From an uncultured bacterium (lineage in GTDB: Bacteria > Patescibacteriota > Saccharimonadia > Saccharimonadales > 2-12-FULL-41-12): DNA of 50,823 nt. The notes under the pieces were generated by a model. That model was not told the DNA's origin and made no database searches. It saw only the letters and a list, made by a program, of their open reading frames with translations. Each line of letters begins with the position of its first letter. The stretch's first letter is position 1. This document shows positions 50,476 to 50,823 of this stretch, one piece after another. The translations under genes and the position numbers were made by a program. The stretch spans positions 535,523 to 586,345 of the forward strand of contig CAWIAU010000001.1 of the NCBI GenBank assembly GCA_963834265.1, written 5' to 3'.

Positions 50476-50823
50476 GTGGCCAGCACAATCACCCTTAAAC
50501 GCCGGATCAGTTCTATCAAAGGCACCAGACAGATCACCAAAGCTATGGAACTGGTGAGTGCCAGCAAGTTACGCCGTGCCCAGGACTATGCTGCCCGGAG
50601 CCGAGAGTACCGCGATCTGGCTTATGAACTACTGCAAAAGCTCAATGCTATGGGGGAAGTTGAGAGCCAGCCTTTGTTTCAAAAGCGACCGGTCAAAACC
50701 CGCCTCTATATAGTTGTTACAAGCAACACGGGACTTGCCGGGGCCTACAATGCCAATGTATTGAAACTGCTGACTGGGCAGCTACAGGCTGATGACGACT
50801 CAAAGGTCAGTAGCCATGTTATA
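50476..50823 (+). CDS. atpG: ATP synthase subunit gamma (3'-partial)
   Basis: My translation from GTG 50476: MASTITLKRRISSIKGTRQITKAMELVSASKLRRA...TSNTGLAGAYNANV. Confidence 0.95.
   Translation, partial: MASTITLKRRISSIKGTRQITKAMELVSASKLRRAQDYAARSREYRDLAYELLQKLNAMGEVESQPLFQKRPVKTRLYIVVTSNTGLAGAYNANVLKLLTGQLQADDDSKVSSHVI

Noticed and set aside
1..50823. CRISPR array or rRNA
   Set aside because: I saw no regularly spaced 25-45-bp repeats with unique spacers, no cas genes and no rRNA-like segment.

Overview
Bacterial chromosomal window, most likely from a Patescibacteria/Saccharimonadia (TM7)-like organism. This is an inference from the gene style, the short F1 delta subunit and the orphan and GNT-repeat proteins; there is no rRNA marker here. 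Left to right: (1) 1-15 kb, a metabolic cluster unexpected for CPR: archaeal-type PEP carboxylase, dapL-lysA-serC-serA, lysC-dapB-dapA, asd-hom, class I fba/fbp. (2) 15-23.8 kb: PhzF-like protein, orphan histidine kinase, secreted N/T/S/G repeat protein, FAD oxidoreductase, GH-A hydrolase and a BHMT-like methyltransferase. (3) 23.9-27.3 kb: a ~3 kb cassette with a secreted TolB/PD40-repeat gene, flanked by ~210 bp direct repeats. (4) 28053-37207: a ~9.15 kb element integrated at the 3' end of tRNA-Asn, carrying a large serine recombinase, a gpII/X (Rep_trans-like) rolling-circle initiator, an Xis-like HTH, a type III R-M system and a GIY-YIG protein. The att core lies inside the recombinase gene, so excision should swap the recombinase C-terminal tail; this is the top finding. 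(5) smpB, a glycosyltransferase/GtrA locus, an unusual HD-SYNTH-HD RelA/SpoT homologue, cobA/btuR and the start of the F-type ATP synthase operon. Many genes between about 25 and 38.6 kb are broken by single-base indels that look like read-consensus errors.
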